From Alphaproteobacteria bacterium (GTDB lineage Bacteria > Pseudomonadota > Alphaproteobacteria > UBA828), in NCBI GenBank assembly GCA_965214705.1, contig CBDCCI010000002.1, positions 2,240,001 to 2,304,000 on the forward strand: a DNA stretch of 64,000 nucleotides, written 5' to 3'. The translations under genes were made by a program, and so were the position numbers. The notes under the pieces are model-generated. The model was not told the DNA's origin. It ran no database searches and worked only from the letters and a program-made list of their open reading frames with translations. Of this stretch, positions 1-10,885 are shown piece by piece (within the stretch, counting starts at the first letter, position 1; the number at the start of each line of letters is the position of its first letter).

Positions 1-186
1 CCGCCCCGCGAGTTCGTCCTGATCGATCGCTCGGCGATCGGCCTCGGCTCGGTCTATCTGCACCTCAAGGCCGAGCTCAACTGGCATCGGCTCTACGAGG
101 AGCTGATCGCGGACTTCGACGCCGCCCGACTGACCCGCCGACAGGCCGCCGCACTGGACCGTTGCGGCGTGCCCGAGGCCGCCTGA
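1..186 (+). CDS. AarF/ABC1/UbiB kinase family protein, C-terminal fragment (5' end outside window)
   Basis: Frame 1 reads PPREFVLIDRSAIGLGSVYLHLKAELNWHRLYEELI...PEAA* (TGA 184-186), resembling the C-terminus of alphaproteobacterial ABC1/UbiB kinases. Confidence 0.65.
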   Translation, partial: PPREFVLIDRSAIGLGSVYLHLKAELNWHRLYEELIADFDAARLTRRQAAALDRCGVPEAA

Positions 187-314
187 CACGCGGTAGCAAT
201 GCGCATTGTGGGCCCGAATCAACCCTCCGTGAAAACGCGCGGTGCTGGTCTTGGCAAACCGCACCGGGCGGGGCATTGTGACGCCGCTCCCGGGCAGGCG
301 GAGTCGATGCGCGT

Positions 315-1466
315 ATGAGGATCGGGGTTCCGAAGGAAATCGTCCCGGGCGAGACCCGCATTGCCGCCTCCCCGGACTCGATCAGGAAATTCACGGCGCT
401 CGGCGTCGAGGTGCTGGTTGAAAGCGGTGCCGGAGCCGGCGCCCAGATGTCGGACGAAGTGCTGGCGGAGGCGGGTGCCCACATCGTCGTCGACGCAAAG
501 ACCGTCTACGGCGACGCCGACCTCGTCACCAAGGTCCGCGCTCCGCTCTGTGACGGAAACGCGGCCGACGAGCTCTCTCTCTTGAATTCTGATGCGGTGC
601 TGGTGGGCCTGCTCGCACCGTTGCAACAGCGCGAGCAGGTCGATCGCTACGCGTCACTCGGAGTCACCTCCTTCGCGATGGAGCTGATCCCGCGCATCAG
701 CCGCGCACAATCGATGGATGCGCTGTCGTCGCAAAGCAACATCGCGGGCTACAAGGCGGTGATCGACGCCGCCGATCATTTCGGCCGGATTCTGCCGATG
801 ATGATGACCGCCGCCGGCACCGTGGCCCCGGCGCGGGTCGTCGTGCTTGGCGCGGGCGTCGCCGGTCTTCAGGCGATCGCGACCGCCAAGCGACTGGGCG
901 GGCTGGTCTCCGCCTTCGACGTGCGCCCCGCCGTGAAGGAGCAGGTCGAGAGCCTCGGCGCCAAGTTCATCTCCGTCGATGCCGACGCCGGCAATGCCGA
1001 GACCGCAGGCGGCTACGCCAGGGAGATGGGCGATCTGTACAAGGCGCGTCAGGCCGCATTGATTCACGAGACGCTCACGAAGCAGGACATCTGCATCACC
1101 ACCGCGCAAATTCCGGGCAAGCCCGCCCCGGAATTGATCACCGAGGCGATGGTCAAGGACATGAAGCCCGGCTCGGTCATCGTGGACTTGGCTGTCGAGA
1201 GCGGCGGCAATTGCGCGCTGAGCGCCTACGACCAGGTGGTCGTGCGCCACGGCGTCACCATCATCGGCCACGCCAACTATCCGGCGCGGGTTCCGGTCGA
1301 CACCAGCACGCTCTATGCACGCAACCTGTTCAACTTCATCCAGCCGATGATCAACGCGGAAAGCCGTTCGCTCGAGATCGACTGGGAGGACGAGGTGATA
1401 CGGGGAGCCTTGCTGACCAAGGACGGGGCGGTGGTGAACCCGGCGCTTGAAGGCGAGGAAATGTAA
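315..1466 (+). CDS. pntAA: NAD(P) transhydrogenase subunit alpha, part 1 (dI domain)
   Basis: MRIGVPKE start, [27 protein letters not shown] Rossmann motif, GGYAREM loop. Confidence 0.97.
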   Translation: MRIGVPKEIVPGETRIAASPDSIRKFTALGVEVLVESGAGAGAQMSDEVLAEAGAHIVVDAKTVYGDADLVTKVRAPLCDGNAADELSLLNSDAVLVGLLAPLQQREQVDRYASLGVTSFAMELIPRISRAQSMDALSSQSNIAGYKAVIDAADHFGRILPMMMTAAGTVAPARVVVLGAGVAGLQAIATAKRLGGLVSAFDVRPAVKEQVESLGAKFISVDADAGNAETAGGYAREMGDLYKARQAALIHETLTKQDICITTAQIPGKPAPELITEAMVKDMKPGSVIVDLAVESGGNCALSAYDQVVVRHGVTIIGHANYPARVPVDTSTLYARNLFNFIQPMINAESRSLEIDWEDEVIRGALLTKDGAVVNPALEGEEM

Positions 1467-1468
1467 CC

Positions 1469-1771
1469 GTGGAGCACGTGCTCGAACTGCATCCCCTGGT
1501 CATTGCCATCACGGTTTTCGTGCTCGCCGTGTTCATCGGATACTACGTGGTGTGGAGCGTCACGCCGGCGCTGCACACGCCGCTCATGTCGGTCACGAAC
1601 GCCATTTCGAGCGTGATCATCGTGGGCGCGTTGTTGGCGGCGACACCCGCCGAGGGCAGTGTCCTGGCCAAGATATTGGGCGGAGTCGCCGTCGGCCTCG
1701 CAGCCGTCAACATATTCGGAGGATTCACGGTCACACAACGAATGCTGTCGATGTTCAAGAAGAAGAAATAG
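1469..1771 (+). CDS. pntAB: NAD(P) transhydrogenase subunit alpha, part 2 (membrane)
   Basis: [18 protein letters not shown] and [16 protein letters not shown] motifs; split alpha subunit as in Rhodospirillum. Confidence 0.96.
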   Translation: MEHVLELHPLVIAITVFVLAVFIGYYVVWSVTPALHTPLMSVTNAISSVIIVGALLAATPAEGSVLAKILGGVAVGLAAVNIFGGFTVTQRMLSMFKKKK

Positions 1772-1782
1772 GCGGCGCTCCC

Positions 1783-3165
1783 ATGACCTCCAATCTGGCA
1801 GCGATTCTCTATCTGATCGCTGGCGTCTGTTTCATCATGGCCTTGCGCGGCCTGTCGTCGCCCGCGACCGCGCGCAGCGGCAACATCTTCGGCATTGCCG
1901 GCATGGTGATCGCCATCGGCACGACTCTCGGCCAGCCGGGTGTCGAAGACTACTTGTGGGTCGGCGTCGGCATCGTGGTCGGCGGGCTCATCGGCACGCT
2001 GATCGCGCTCCGCATCCGCATGACCGCGATGCCCCAGCTCGTGGCCGGATTCCACAGCCTGGTGGGGCTCGCCGCCGTGCTGGTCGCAGGCGCAGCCTTC
2101 TACGCGCCGGAGACCTTCCACATCGGCACGCCCGGCGACATCAGACTGGTGAGCCGGATCGAGATGTGCTTCGGCGTGGTGATCGGCGCGCTGACCTTCA
2201 CGGGATCGGTCGTCGCCTTCGCCAAGCTTCAGGAATTGATGACCGGCGCGCCGCTGGTCTTCCGCGGCCAGCACCTGCTCAATCTCGCCCTCATCATCGC
2301 GATCATTGCGCTAGGCGTGGTCTTCTCCATCGAGCAGCAGGAGAGCGTGTTCTGGGCCATGACCGGCCTCGCGTTGCTCTTCGGCGTGCTGCTGATCGTC
2401 CCCATCGGCGGCGCCGACATGCCGGTGGTCATCTCGATGCTGAACTCCTACTCGGGATGGGCGGCGGCGGGTATCGGCTTCACGCTGGAGAATACGGTGC
2501 TCATCGTGGTCGGCGCCCTGGTGGGCTCAGCCGGCGCGATCCTGAGCTACATCATGTGCCGCGCGATGAACCGCTCCTTCATCAGCGTGATTCTCGGCGG
2601 CTTCGGCACCGATTCCTCGAAATCCGTCTCCGCGACCGACCGCACCCACAAGGCGGGCAGCGCCGACGACGCCGCCTTCATCATGCGCAACGCAGGCTCG
2701 GTCGTCATCGTGCCAGGCTATGGCCTCGCCGTCGCGCAGGCCCAGCACGCTATACGCGAGATGGCCGGTATGCTCCAAAAGGAGGGGGTCGACGTCCGCT
2801 ACGCCATCCATCCCGTGGCTGGCCGTATGCCGGGGCACATGAACGTGCTGCTGGCCGAGGCCAATGTCCCCTACGACGAGGTCTTCGAGCTGGAGGACAT
2901 CAACAGCGACATGCCCAACACCGATGTTGCCCTCGTGATCGGCGCCAACGACGTGGTCAATCCGGTTGCGAAGACCGATCCGCAGAGCCCGATTGCGGGC
3001 ATGCCGATTCTCGATGTGGAGCTCTGCAAGACGGTGCTGTTCGTCAAGCGCTCGCTGGCGCCGGGCTACGCCGGAATCGACAACCCGGTGTTCTACCGGG
3101 ACAACACAATGATGTTATTCGGCGACGCCAAGAAAATGGTCGAAGAGATCGTAAAGTCGCTCTGA
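1783..3165 (+). CDS. pntB: NAD(P) transhydrogenase subunit beta
   Basis: MTAMPQLVA, GGADMPVVISMLNSYSG, HPVAGRMPGHMNVLLAEA; ATG at 1783 chosen instead of the ORF-track start. Confidence 0.97.
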   Translation: MTSNLAAILYLIAGVCFIMALRGLSSPATARSGNIFGIAGMVIAIGTTLGQPGVEDYLWVGVGIVVGGLIGTLIALRIRMTAMPQLVAGFHSLVGLAAVLVAGAAFYAPETFHIGTPGDIRLVSRIEMCFGVVIGALTFTGSVVAFAKLQELMTGAPLVFRGQHLLNLALIIAIIALGVVFSIEQQESVFWAMTGLALLFGVLLIVPIGGADMPVVISMLNSYSGWAAAGIGFTLENTVLIVVGALVGSAGAILSYIMCRAMNRSFISVILGGFGTDSSKSVSATDRTHKAGSADDAAFIMRNAGSVVIVPGYGLAVAQAQHAIREMAGMLQKEGVDVRYAIHPVAGRMPGHMNVLLAEANVPYDEVFELEDINSDMPNTDVALVIGANDVVNPVAKTDPQSPIAGMPILDVELCKTVLFVKRSLAPGYAGIDNPVFYRDNTMMLFGDAKKMVEEIVKSL

Positions 3166-3272
3166 CCCCTCGTTTCACTTAAATGCAGACGAGTTCCGCG
3201 CCGCGGCAACCGGCCCGGCGTGAAAATTTCCTAGAGTAATTCGCGGCGTCGAGAGGCCGCAATTGGCGGGGG

Positions 3273-3476
3273 TTATTCCTCCCGCTGGGCGCGCTTGCGA
3301 GCGAGTTTCCGGGCGCGACGGACCGCTTCCGCCTTTTCCCGCGCCCGCCGCTCCGAGGGCTTCTCGTAGTGGCGGCGCATCTTCATTTCCCGGAAAATTC
3401 CCTCGCGCTGCATTTTCTTTTTGAGGGCCTTCAGCGCCTGATCGACATTGTTTTCGCGTACGACTACATGAACCAA
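3273..3476 (-). CDS. rpsU: 30S ribosomal protein S21
   Basis: [29 protein letters not shown]...YEKPSE. Confidence 0.98.
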   Translation of the reverse strand: MVHVVVRENNVDQALKALKKKMQREGIFREMKMRRHYEKPSERRAREKAEAVRRARKLARKRAQREE

Positions 3477-3641
3477 ATTTCTGCTTCCCTTCCTCAGAAT
3501 TCGGGTTTCATTCCTGAGCGGGCGGCTCTATAGCACGCCGCGCCAGGGCTGTGAAGGCGACCCCGGCACTGCCCGCGGCCGCTTGCTGGCGGTAAAGTAG
3601 CACGCCGCGCCCCGATTTGTGAGGCGTAAAGGGAGAGCGCC

Positions 3642-4133
3642 ATGAGCGAGGCCACCGCCCAGGTCGGGATCATCATGGGGAGCCAGTCGGACTGGGAGAC
3701 CATGCGCCACGCCGCCGAGACCCTGGAGGCGCTCGGTGTCCGGTTCGAGACCCGCATCGTCTCCGCGCACCGCACGCCCAAGCGGCTCTATGCCTACGCC
3801 GAGGAGGCACGCGGGCGCGGGCTCAAGGTGATCGTGGCCGGCGCCGGCGGCGCGGCGCACCTGCCCGGCATGGCCGCCTCGATGACGCCGCTTCCCGTCA
3901 TCGGCGTGCCGGTCGAGAGCAAGAGCCTCAAGGGCATGGACAGCCTGCTCTCCATCGTCCAGATGCCGGCGGGCGTGCCGGTGGGCACGGTCGCCATCGG
4001 GCGCGCGGGCGCGGTCAACGCGGCCCTGCTCGCCGCCGCCATCGTCGCCCTCGGCGACGAGCGGGTTGCCGCCGCGCTCGATGAGTGGCGGGCCAAGCAG
4101 ACCGCGGCGGTCGCCGAAACGCCGCAGTCCTGA
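3642..4133 (+). CDS. purE: N5-carboxyaminoimidazole ribonucleotide mutase
   Basis: [37 protein letters not shown]. Confidence 0.98.
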   Translation: MSEATAQVGIIMGSQSDWETMRHAAETLEALGVRFETRIVSAHRTPKRLYAYAEEARGRGLKVIVAGAGGAAHLPGMAASMTPLPVIGVPVESKSLKGMDSLLSIVQMPAGVPVGTVAIGRAGAVNAALLAAAIVALGDERVAAALDEWRAKQTAAVAETPQS

Positions 4134-4137
4134 TCCC

Positions 4138-5250
4138 GTGATCGCGCCGGGCGCCACCATCGGCATCCTCGGCGGCGGCCAGCTCGGCCGGATGCTGGCG
4201 ATTGCCGCAGCACCTCTCGGCTACCGCTGCCACATCTTCTCGCCGGAGCCCGGCGGCCCGGCGGCGCAGGTCTCGGCCGCCGAGACCGTCGCGGCCTACG
4301 ACGACCACGCGGCCCTCGATGCTTTCGGCGCGGCGGTGGATGTCGTCACCACCGAGTTCGAGAACGTGCCGGCATCGGCGCTGGAGCGGCTCGCAGACCG
4401 GGTTCCTGTCCGACCGGCCGCGGGTTCGCTCCGCGTCGCCCAGAATCGCATCGCCGAAAAGGACTTCGTGCGCGGACTCGGGTTGGAGACGACGCCCTAT
4501 GCGGCGGTCGAGGTGGGTGCCGACAACGCGGCTGCCGATGCACGGATCGGCCGGCCCGCCGTGCTCAAGACCCAGACCCTCGGCTACGACGGCAAGGGTC
4601 AGGTCGTGCTGACGGAAGGCGACGACCTGCTCATGGCCTGGCGCGACACCCTCGGCAGCCTTCCGGCGATCCTGGAAGCGTTGGCCCCGATCGAGCGCGA
4701 GGTCTCGGTGATCGTGGCCCGCGCGCCGGACGGGCAGGTCGCGTGCTTCGATCCCGTCGAGAACCGCCATGTGAACGGCATCCTCGACGTGACGCTGGCG
4801 CCGGCTGGCATCCCCCCCTCCCTCGCGGAGACCGCACGGGAGGGTGCCAAACGCATCGCCCAGGCGGCGGACCACGTGGGCGTGCTCTGCGTCGAGCTCT
4901 TTATCACCGACGACGGCCGGCTGCTCGTCAACGAGATCGCCCCCCGCGTCCACAACTCGGGCCACTGGACAATCGAGGGCTGCGAGACCAGTCAGTTCGC
5001 GCAGCACATTCGTGCCGTCTGCGGCCTGCCGCTCGGCTCCACGGCACGGCGGGCCAACGGCTGCATGAAGAACCTGATCGGTGCCGATGTCGAGCGCTGG
5101 CCGGCGCTCGCCGCGGACCCAGCCGCACACCTCCATCTTTACGGCAAGGCAGAAACCCGTGCCGGCCGCAAGATGGGCCACGTTACCTGGCTCGGCCCTC
5201 TCGACGCGCCGCCGCCGGAGCCGCCCTGGCCGCCGGAAAGCGCTCCCTAA
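4138..5250 (+). CDS. purK: N5-carboxyaminoimidazole ribonucleotide synthase
   Basis: GILGGGQLGRML, GYDGKGQ, NEIAPRVHNSGH, RKMGHV; GTG at 4138 just after the purE stop. Confidence 0.96.
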   Translation: MIAPGATIGILGGGQLGRMLAIAAAPLGYRCHIFSPEPGGPAAQVSAAETVAAYDDHAALDAFGAAVDVVTTEFENVPASALERLADRVPVRPAAGSLRVAQNRIAEKDFVRGLGLETTPYAAVEVGADNAAADARIGRPAVLKTQTLGYDGKGQVVLTEGDDLLMAWRDTLGSLPAILEALAPIEREVSVIVARAPDGQVACFDPVENRHVNGILDVTLAPAGIPPSLAETAREGAKRIAQAADHVGVLCVELFITDDGRLLVNEIAPRVHNSGHWTIEGCETSQFAQHIRAVCGLPLGSTARRANGCMKNLIGADVERWPALAADPAAHLHLYGKAETRAGRKMGHVTWLGPLDAPPPEPPWPPESAP

Positions 5251-5966
5251 CGGCTGCGCACCAGCGCCATGAAGTTGTCGTAGAGGATGCGGGCGTCCCG
5301 GTTGAAGGACGGCATGTTCCGCGCGGCCTCGGCCTCGAACGGCGCGAGACCGTCGGGGCCCAGCGCGCGCTCCAACGAATCCTGATAGGCCGGTACGGCG
5401 CCCCAGTCGCTGACCGTCGTCGGCGTCAGTTCCACGTGATACTGCAAGCCGTAGGCGTGGCGCCCGACCCGGAAGGCCTGGACTGCGCAGAGCGGCGATG
5501 ACGCGAGGCTGACGCCGCCGTCCGGCATCACGGTCACCGCGCAGCCATGCCATTGCAGGCAGGTCACGGTCGGATCGAGGCCGGCGAGCAGCGGGTCCAC
5601 GCGCCCGGCCTCGGTGAGATCGACCGTCATGATGCCGACCTCGGGCTCGGCCATGGTCTCCACCCGGCCGCCGAGCGCATCGGCGAGAAGCTGATGGCCG
5701 AGGCAGACGCCGAGAAAAGGCATGTCGCGCTCCGCCACGGCCTCGCGAATGGCCACCTTCTCGTCGGCGAGCCAGGGATGCTCCTCCTCCTCGAAGACAT
5801 CCATCGGCCCGCCCATGGAGATTAGCGCGTCGTAACCCTCCAATGGCGGGATCGCCTCGCCTTCGTCGAGCTCGACCGCATCCCATTCGACCCCGTCGGC
5901 GCGCATGAAGTCGCGGAAAATGCCCGGATGCTCGATATCGATGTGCTGCAGCACGAGGAACTTCAT
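5247..5966 (-). CDS. Class I glutamine amidotransferase (GMP-synthase-like, stand-alone)
   Basis: MGGPM oxyanion strand, GVCLGHQ nucleophile, QYHVE His-Glu dyad. Confidence 0.9.
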   Translation of the reverse strand: MKFLVLQHIDIEHPGIFRDFMRADGVEWDAVELDEGEAIPPLEGYDALISMGGPMDVFEEEEHPWLADEKVAIREAVAERDMPFLGVCLGHQLLADALGGRVETMAEPEVGIMTVDLTEAGRVDPLLAGLDPTVTCLQWHGCAVTVMPDGGVSLASSPLCAVQAFRVGRHAYGLQYHVELTPTTVSDWGAVPAYQDSLERALGPDGLAPFEAEAARNMPSFNRDARILYDNFMALVRSR

Positions 5967-5990
5967 CGCCGGTTTCTCCGGTGTGTGGCG

Positions 5991-8459
5991 CTATCGCGGG
6001 GCGGCCGCCGCCTGCGGCGGGAACGCAGCGGCCAGGGCATAGAGCACCAAAGCACAGCCGAGCACGGGCGTGAAGCCGACATGGAGCGCGATGAAGGTCG
6101 CGAGTGAGGCGCTCACCACCGAGGCGCAGGCGTTGATCCCCCAGGCCCAGGGCACCAGCGCGGGCGCGCGGGCGCCGAGGGCCTTGAGCCCGAGCGGGAA
6201 CGGCATCCCGAGGAAGAAGCCGATGGGGCCGAGCAGCGCGAGCGCCACGGCGAGGCGCGCGGCGGTCGGCCAGCCCTGCGCCGCCTCGAACACCCAGGGT
6301 AGCAGCCCCAGATAAGCACCGCCGACGGCGATGATCCCGGCTGCGACAAGCACGATGGGCGGCCTGCGCCCGGCCAGGCGTGAGAGGCGATCGATCGCGC
6401 CCGCGCCCAGGCCGGCGAAGACCAGGAGGCCGGCGAGCACCACCGCGATGGCGTAGAGCGGATGCCCGAGAAACACCGCAAAGCGCTGCATGAACGCGAT
6501 TTCGATGAAGAGGAACGCCAATCCAAGGCACGCGAAGAAGAGCACCACCCGCCAGCGGGCCGGCGGGCGCGCGTCCGTCGTGCGCGGGGCGCGAAGCGCG
6601 AGCAGCGGTGCCAGGATCAACAACGCCGCAGCAACGAACGCCTGCACCAAGGTCGCGACGAGGATCACGAAGCCCCATTCGATCAGCGGTAGCCCGCCCT
6701 GCGCACGCAGCGCGAGCAGCTCGGGCAGGGTCGACCACTTGAGGGTGTGGAAGAAGAACGGCCGGTCGTCGGTCGCGGGCGTGAGCGCGAACTTGTAGCG
6801 GGCCGCGTATCCCTCCGGATCGGGGCCAAGTATTGCTGAGGCGCCGCGATAGAACTCGGGCTGGGCCAGGCGGTTGTGGCGGTTGGCGTCGCCCTCGACG
6901 ATCCCCGGATGCCAGACCAGATCGAAGGCATAATCATTGGCGAAGGCACGCAGTCGGTCCATCGCGAGGCCGGAGAAGGGCTCGTTTCCGATTACCAGTG
7001 TCGTCGTCTTCCAGCCGCGGATCATGACGAGGTGCGATGCCGGATCCGCGACGCCCCGCGCCTCCAGCGCCCTCCGCGCGGTCCAGAGCAGCCTGAGCGA
7101 ATCCCGCGGCGGCAGCTTGAGCCAGCGGGTGACGGCGAGTACGCCGCCCGGCGCAAGACGATCCAGAAAGGTCTCGAACGCCTCCACCGTGTAGAGCAGG
7201 GATTCGTCGAGCGCGTGAACGCCCGCCGCCGCGGCGCTGAAGGAATCCACCAGCGCGATCTGAATCAGGTCCCACTGTTCGGAGGCGCGCGCCGCGAAGC
7301 TGCGGGCGTCGGCCACGTGGGTGCGGACGCTCTCTCCCTCCCACACGGCTCCGGGCGCCTCCGCCAGCACCTCGCGCACGATGGCGAGCACGTCCGGGTT
7401 CAGCTCCACCGCATCGACCGCGCGGGCGCCGTGGCGCAGCGCCCGCAGCACCTCCGCCCCGCCGCCGGCACCCAGCACCAGCACTCGCGGGGGCTCCACC
7501 AGATGGTAGGGGAGCGCGGCGGTCTCGACCTCCAGATAACGCAGGTCGGCATCGGCGCGGGTGATCGCGCCGGGGGCGCCGCCGTCGGTGAAGAGCCCGA
7601 CCTGCTCCGGCGGGCCGGCCGGCGCCATCAGGCTGAGGCCGGGCGCATGACGGAAGGGCACGCGCGGGCTCTCTACCGCGGCGAGCCAGCCGAGCGGGCC
7701 GTGACGCTCTGCGACGATGCGCGCATCGGGCGCGGTCAGCGCCAAGCTCAGCCCCTTGTAGGGCGAGGGGTGCGGGCGCAGCCAGTGATCGGGGAGCGCC
7801 GCGGGCAGGGTGAGCCCCGCGCACAGCGCCAGCAGTGCGCCGCCTCGCGCGAGCCGGCGGACGTTCCCGGTCAGCAGGACCACGCCGCCCGCAGCGGCGC
7901 CCAGCGCACCCACGACCCGCAACGCATCGGCGAGCGGCAGGGCGTCCAGCAGGAACACCATGCCCAGCGCCCCGAGGCCCGCGCCGACCAGGTCCATGCG
8001 GTAGAGCGCGCCGGCGCGCGCGGCATGTGCCCGAAAGGCCAACGCCAGGGCCAGCGCCGCGCTGAAGAACGGCACTGACAGCACAAGGTAGAGAGCGAAG
8101 AGCCAGCCGAGCTGCGCGCGGTCCCACGCAATCTCCAGCGCGTTGAACGGGAGTGACTGCGCCAGGGCGAAGGCCAAGGGCGCCCCGGCCCCGAAGCCCA
8201 ATGCCGCGCCGCCGAAGGCCCAGCGAAAATGCGCGAGGAGTCTGCGTTGCAGCACCGCGACCAGGCTGCCCGCCGCGCCGAAGCCGAGCAGCGCAACGGC
8301 GATGATCATGTAGGCGAAGTGGTGCCAGTGGACGATCGCCAGCAGGCGCGCGAGCAGGATCTCGTAACCCAGAATGCCGGCCGCGAGCAGCGCCACGGCG
8401 AAGAAGACGGCGAGACGGGACGGGCCGTTCGTTCCCTCTCCCGCGCCCTCGCCCGTCAC
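5991..8459 (-). CDS. Multi-pass membrane protein with central spermidine-synthase-like SAM-binding domain
   Basis: Hydrophobic N- and C-terminal helix bundles; VLVLGAGGG...VELNP, DARSF and TDDRPFF motifs. Confidence 0.8.
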   Translation of the reverse strand: MTGEGAGEGTNGPSRLAVFFAVALLAAGILGYEILLARLLAIVHWHHFAYMIIAVALLGFGAAGSLVAVLQRRLLAHFRWAFGGAALGFGAGAPLAFALAQSLPFNALEIAWDRAQLGWLFALYLVLSVPFFSAALALALAFRAHAARAGALYRMDLVGAGLGALGMVFLLDALPLADALRVVGALGAAAGGVVLLTGNVRRLARGGALLALCAGLTLPAALPDHWLRPHPSPYKGLSLALTAPDARIVAERHGPLGWLAAVESPRVPFRHAPGLSLMAPAGPPEQVGLFTDGGAPGAITRADADLRYLEVETAALPYHLVEPPRVLVLGAGGGAEVLRALRHGARAVDAVELNPDVLAIVREVLAEAPGAVWEGESVRTHVADARSFAARASEQWDLIQIALVDSFSAAAAGVHALDESLLYTVEAFETFLDRLAPGGVLAVTRWLKLPPRDSLRLLWTARRALEARGVADPASHLVMIRGWKTTTLVIGNEPFSGLAMDRLRAFANDYAFDLVWHPGIVEGDANRHNRLAQPEFYRGASAILGPDPEGYAARYKFALTPATDDRPFFFHTLKWSTLPELLALRAQGGLPLIEWGFVILVATLVQAFVAAALLILAPLLALRAPRTTDARPPARWRVVLFFACLGLAFLFIEIAFMQRFAVFLGHPLYAIAVVLAGLLVFAGLGAGAIDRLSRLAGRRPPIVLVAAGIIAVGGAYLGLLPWVFEAAQGWPTAARLAVALALLGPIGFFLGMPFPLGLKALGARAPALVPWAWGINACASVVSASLATFIALHVGFTPVLGCALVLYALAAAFPPQAAAAPR

Positions 8460-8465
8460 TCTGTG

Positions 8466-9215
8466 TCAGTGTCCGCCGGTCAGCGGAACGAAGATGACCG
8501 GCAATATCTGGCGGCTGGTGACGGCGCCGTCCTCTCTCTTCTCGATCAGCAGGAGCTGCTGCGTGAGGAAGGGGCTGCCCACGGGGATCACCATGCGCCC
8601 GCCCGGCTTGAGCTGGGCAATGAGCGGCGGCGGCACGTGGCTCGCGGCCGCGGTCACCACGATGATGTCGAAGGGCGCGTGCTCGGGCCAGCCGAAGTAG
8701 CCGTCGCCGGCCCGCACGATCACGTTGTCGTAGCCGAGCGCATCGAGTCGGTCCGTAGCGCTCGCCGCCAGCGGCTCCACGATCTCGACCGTGTAGACCT
8801 GGGCTACGAGCTCGGCCAGCACCGCCGCCTGATAGCTCGATCCGGTGCCGAGCTCGAACGCCACATCGTCGGGCTCCGGCGCCAGCAAGTCGGTCATTAA
8901 CGCGACGATATAGGGCTGCGAGATGGTCTGGCCGTAGCCGATGGGGAGCGGCCTGTTCAGGTAGCCGAAATCCTGCAGCTCCGGCGGCACGAAGAGATGG
9001 CGCGGCACCCGCCCCATCGCCTCCATCACGCGAGGCGCCAGCTCCCCCTTGCCGATCCACTCGGCGGTGCGCTCGGCGTCCAGGGCGACGGCGCGCACCA
9101 TGGCGGCCCGCGCCTCGGCGAACGGATCGTCATCGGCTGTGGCGACGGCGGAGTTCGCGAAAAGCAGCAGAGCCGTTGCGGCAAGCGCGACAAGGCCGGG
9201 TAGGGTCGGTCGCAT
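8466..9215 (-). CDS. pcm: Protein-L-isoaspartate O-methyltransferase with signal-peptide-like N-terminus
   Basis: VPRHLFVP, GQTISQPYIVA, ELGTGSSYQAA, GWPEHAPFD; N-terminus MRPTLPGLVALAATALLLFANSAVATA. Confidence 0.9.
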   Translation of the reverse strand: MRPTLPGLVALAATALLLFANSAVATADDDPFAEARAAMVRAVALDAERTAEWIGKGELAPRVMEAMGRVPRHLFVPPELQDFGYLNRPLPIGYGQTISQPYIVALMTDLLAPEPDDVAFELGTGSSYQAAVLAELVAQVYTVEIVEPLAASATDRLDALGYDNVIVRAGDGYFGWPEHAPFDIIVVTAAASHVPPPLIAQLKPGGRMVIPVGSPFLTQQLLLIEKREDGAVTSRQILPVIFVPLTGGH

Positions 9216-9241
9216 CGCTCTCCCGGCCACCCGGCGCCGCG

Positions 9242-10885
9242 TCAGAGCGCGGCGGCGCGCTCCCTCAGCACGTACTTCTGGACCTTGCCGGTCGAGGTCT
9301 TGGGCAGCGCGCCGAACACCACGGTCTTCGGGCACTTGTAGCGCGCAAGCTCGCCCCGGCAGAAGTCGATCAGCGCGGCCTCGTCGACCTGCTCGCCGTC
9401 CTTCAGCGTGACGAAGGCGCAGGGCGTCTCGCCCCAGGTCTCGTCGGGCCGCGCCACCACGGCGGCTTCAAGCACCGCCGGGTGGCGGTAGAGCGCACCC
9501 TCGACCTCGATGGTGGAGATGTTCTCGCCGCCCGAGATGATGATGTCCTTGGCCCTGTCCCGGAGCTCGATGTAGCCGTTGGTGTGAACCACGCCGAGGT
9601 CGCCGGTGTGGAACCAGCCGCCGGCGAAGGCCTCCTCGGTCGCTTGGGGATTGGCGAGGTATCCCTTCATCACGGTGTTACCGCGCATGAAGACTTCGCC
9701 CATGGTCTCGCCGTCCGGCGGCACGGGCTCCAGCGTCTTGGAGTCGGCCACCATGAGCCCGTCGAGGGTGGGGTAAGCGACGCCCTGGCGGGCCTTGAGC
9801 GCCGCCTGTTCCTGGAGGGGCAGCGCATCCCACTCGTCGTGCCAGGCGCACACGGTGGCCGGGCCGTAGACCTCGGTCAGCCCATAGACGTGCGTGACGT
9901 GGAAGCCGGCCGCCTCGATGCGCGCGATGACGGCGGCGGGCGGCGGGGCCGCGGCGGTCATCACCTCGACACGGTGGTCGAAGGGCACGCGCTCCTCCTC
10001 ACTCGCGTTGCTGAGCAGGTTGAGCACGATGGGCGCGCCGCAGAAATGCGTGACCCCGTGCTCGGCAATCGCCTGAAAGATGGCGCCTGCCTCGACCTTG
10101 CGCAGGCACACGTGTGTCCCCGCATAGGCGCTGACCGCCCAGGTGAAGCACCAGCCGTTGCAGTGGAACATGGGCAGCGTCCAGAGATAGACCTGCCCAT
10201 GCGGCATGGCCCATGTGACGCCATCGCCGAGCGAGTTCAGATAGGCGCCCCGGTGGTGATAGACCACGCCCTTGGGGTTGCCCGTGGTGCCGGAGGTGTA
10301 GTTGAGCGAGATCGCCTCCCACTCGTCCTCGGGCCAGCGCCAGTCGTACTCGGGATCGCCGTCGGCCAGCAACGCCTCGTATTCGATGCCGCCGAGCAGG
10401 TCGCCGCCTTCCTCGGGCGCATCGTCGATATCGATGACCAGCGGCGCCGCTTCGGCCCGCGCGAGCGCATCGGCAATCACGGGCGAGAACGAGCGGTCGG
10501 TGAGCAGCACCCTGGCCTTGGCGTGGTCGAGGATGAAGCCGAGCGAGGCGGCATCCAGCCGGTAGTTGAGCGCGTTGAGCACGGCGCCGCACATGGGAAC
10601 GCCGTAGTGCGCCTCCAGCATCGCCGGCGTGTTGGGGGACATGATGGCGACCGTATCGCCGGGGCGGATGCCGCGCTTCGCCAACGCCGACGCGAGGCGC
10701 CGGCAGCGCGCGTAGAATTCAGCGTAGCTCGCTCGACGGCCGCCGTGAATCCAAGCCGTCCGCTCGGGGAATACCGCTGCGGCGCGACGCAGGAAGGAGA
10801 GCGGGGTCAGAGGGACGTAGTTCGCGTCGTTGCGCTCGAGCCCGGCCTCATACGGGCTCTTGTCGGTGCGCGTGCCGCCCATCAT
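9242..10885 (-). CDS. Acyl-CoA synthetase (AMP-forming; DmdB/FadD-like)
   Basis: YTSGTTGNPKG, YGLTE, WFHTGD, DIIISGGENI, LPKTSTGK. Confidence 0.93.
   Translation of the reverse strand: MMGGTRTDKSPYEAGLERNDANYVPLTPLSFLRRAAAVFPERTAWIHGGRRASYAEFYARCRRLASALAKRGIRPGDTVAIMSPNTPAMLEAHYGVPMCGAVLNALNYRLDAASLGFILDHAKARVLLTDRSFSPVIADALARAEAAPLVIDIDDAPEEGGDLLGGIEYEALLADGDPEYDWRWPEDEWEAISLNYTSGTTGNPKGVVYHHRGAYLNSLGDGVTWAMPHGQVYLWTLPMFHCNGWCFTWAVSAYAGTHVCLRKVEAGAIFQAIAEHGVTHFCGAPIVLNLLSNASEEERVPFDHRVEVMTAAAPPPAAVIARIEAAGFHVTHVYGLTEVYGPATVCAWHDEWDALPLQEQAALKARQGVAYPTLDGLMVADSKTLEPVPPDGETMGEVFMRGNTVMKGYLANPQATEEAFAGGWFHTGDLGVVHTNGYIELRDRAKDIIISGGENISTIEVEGALYRHPAVLEAAVVARPDETWGETPCAFVTLKDGEQVDEAALIDFCRGELARYKCPKTVVFGALPKTSTGKVQKYVLRERAAAL

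Noticed and set aside
4015-6738. 907-aa minus-strand ORF and similar long Arg/Ala/Pro-rich ORFs
   Set aside because: Shadow frames of purK and neighbours in high-GC DNA; no motifs
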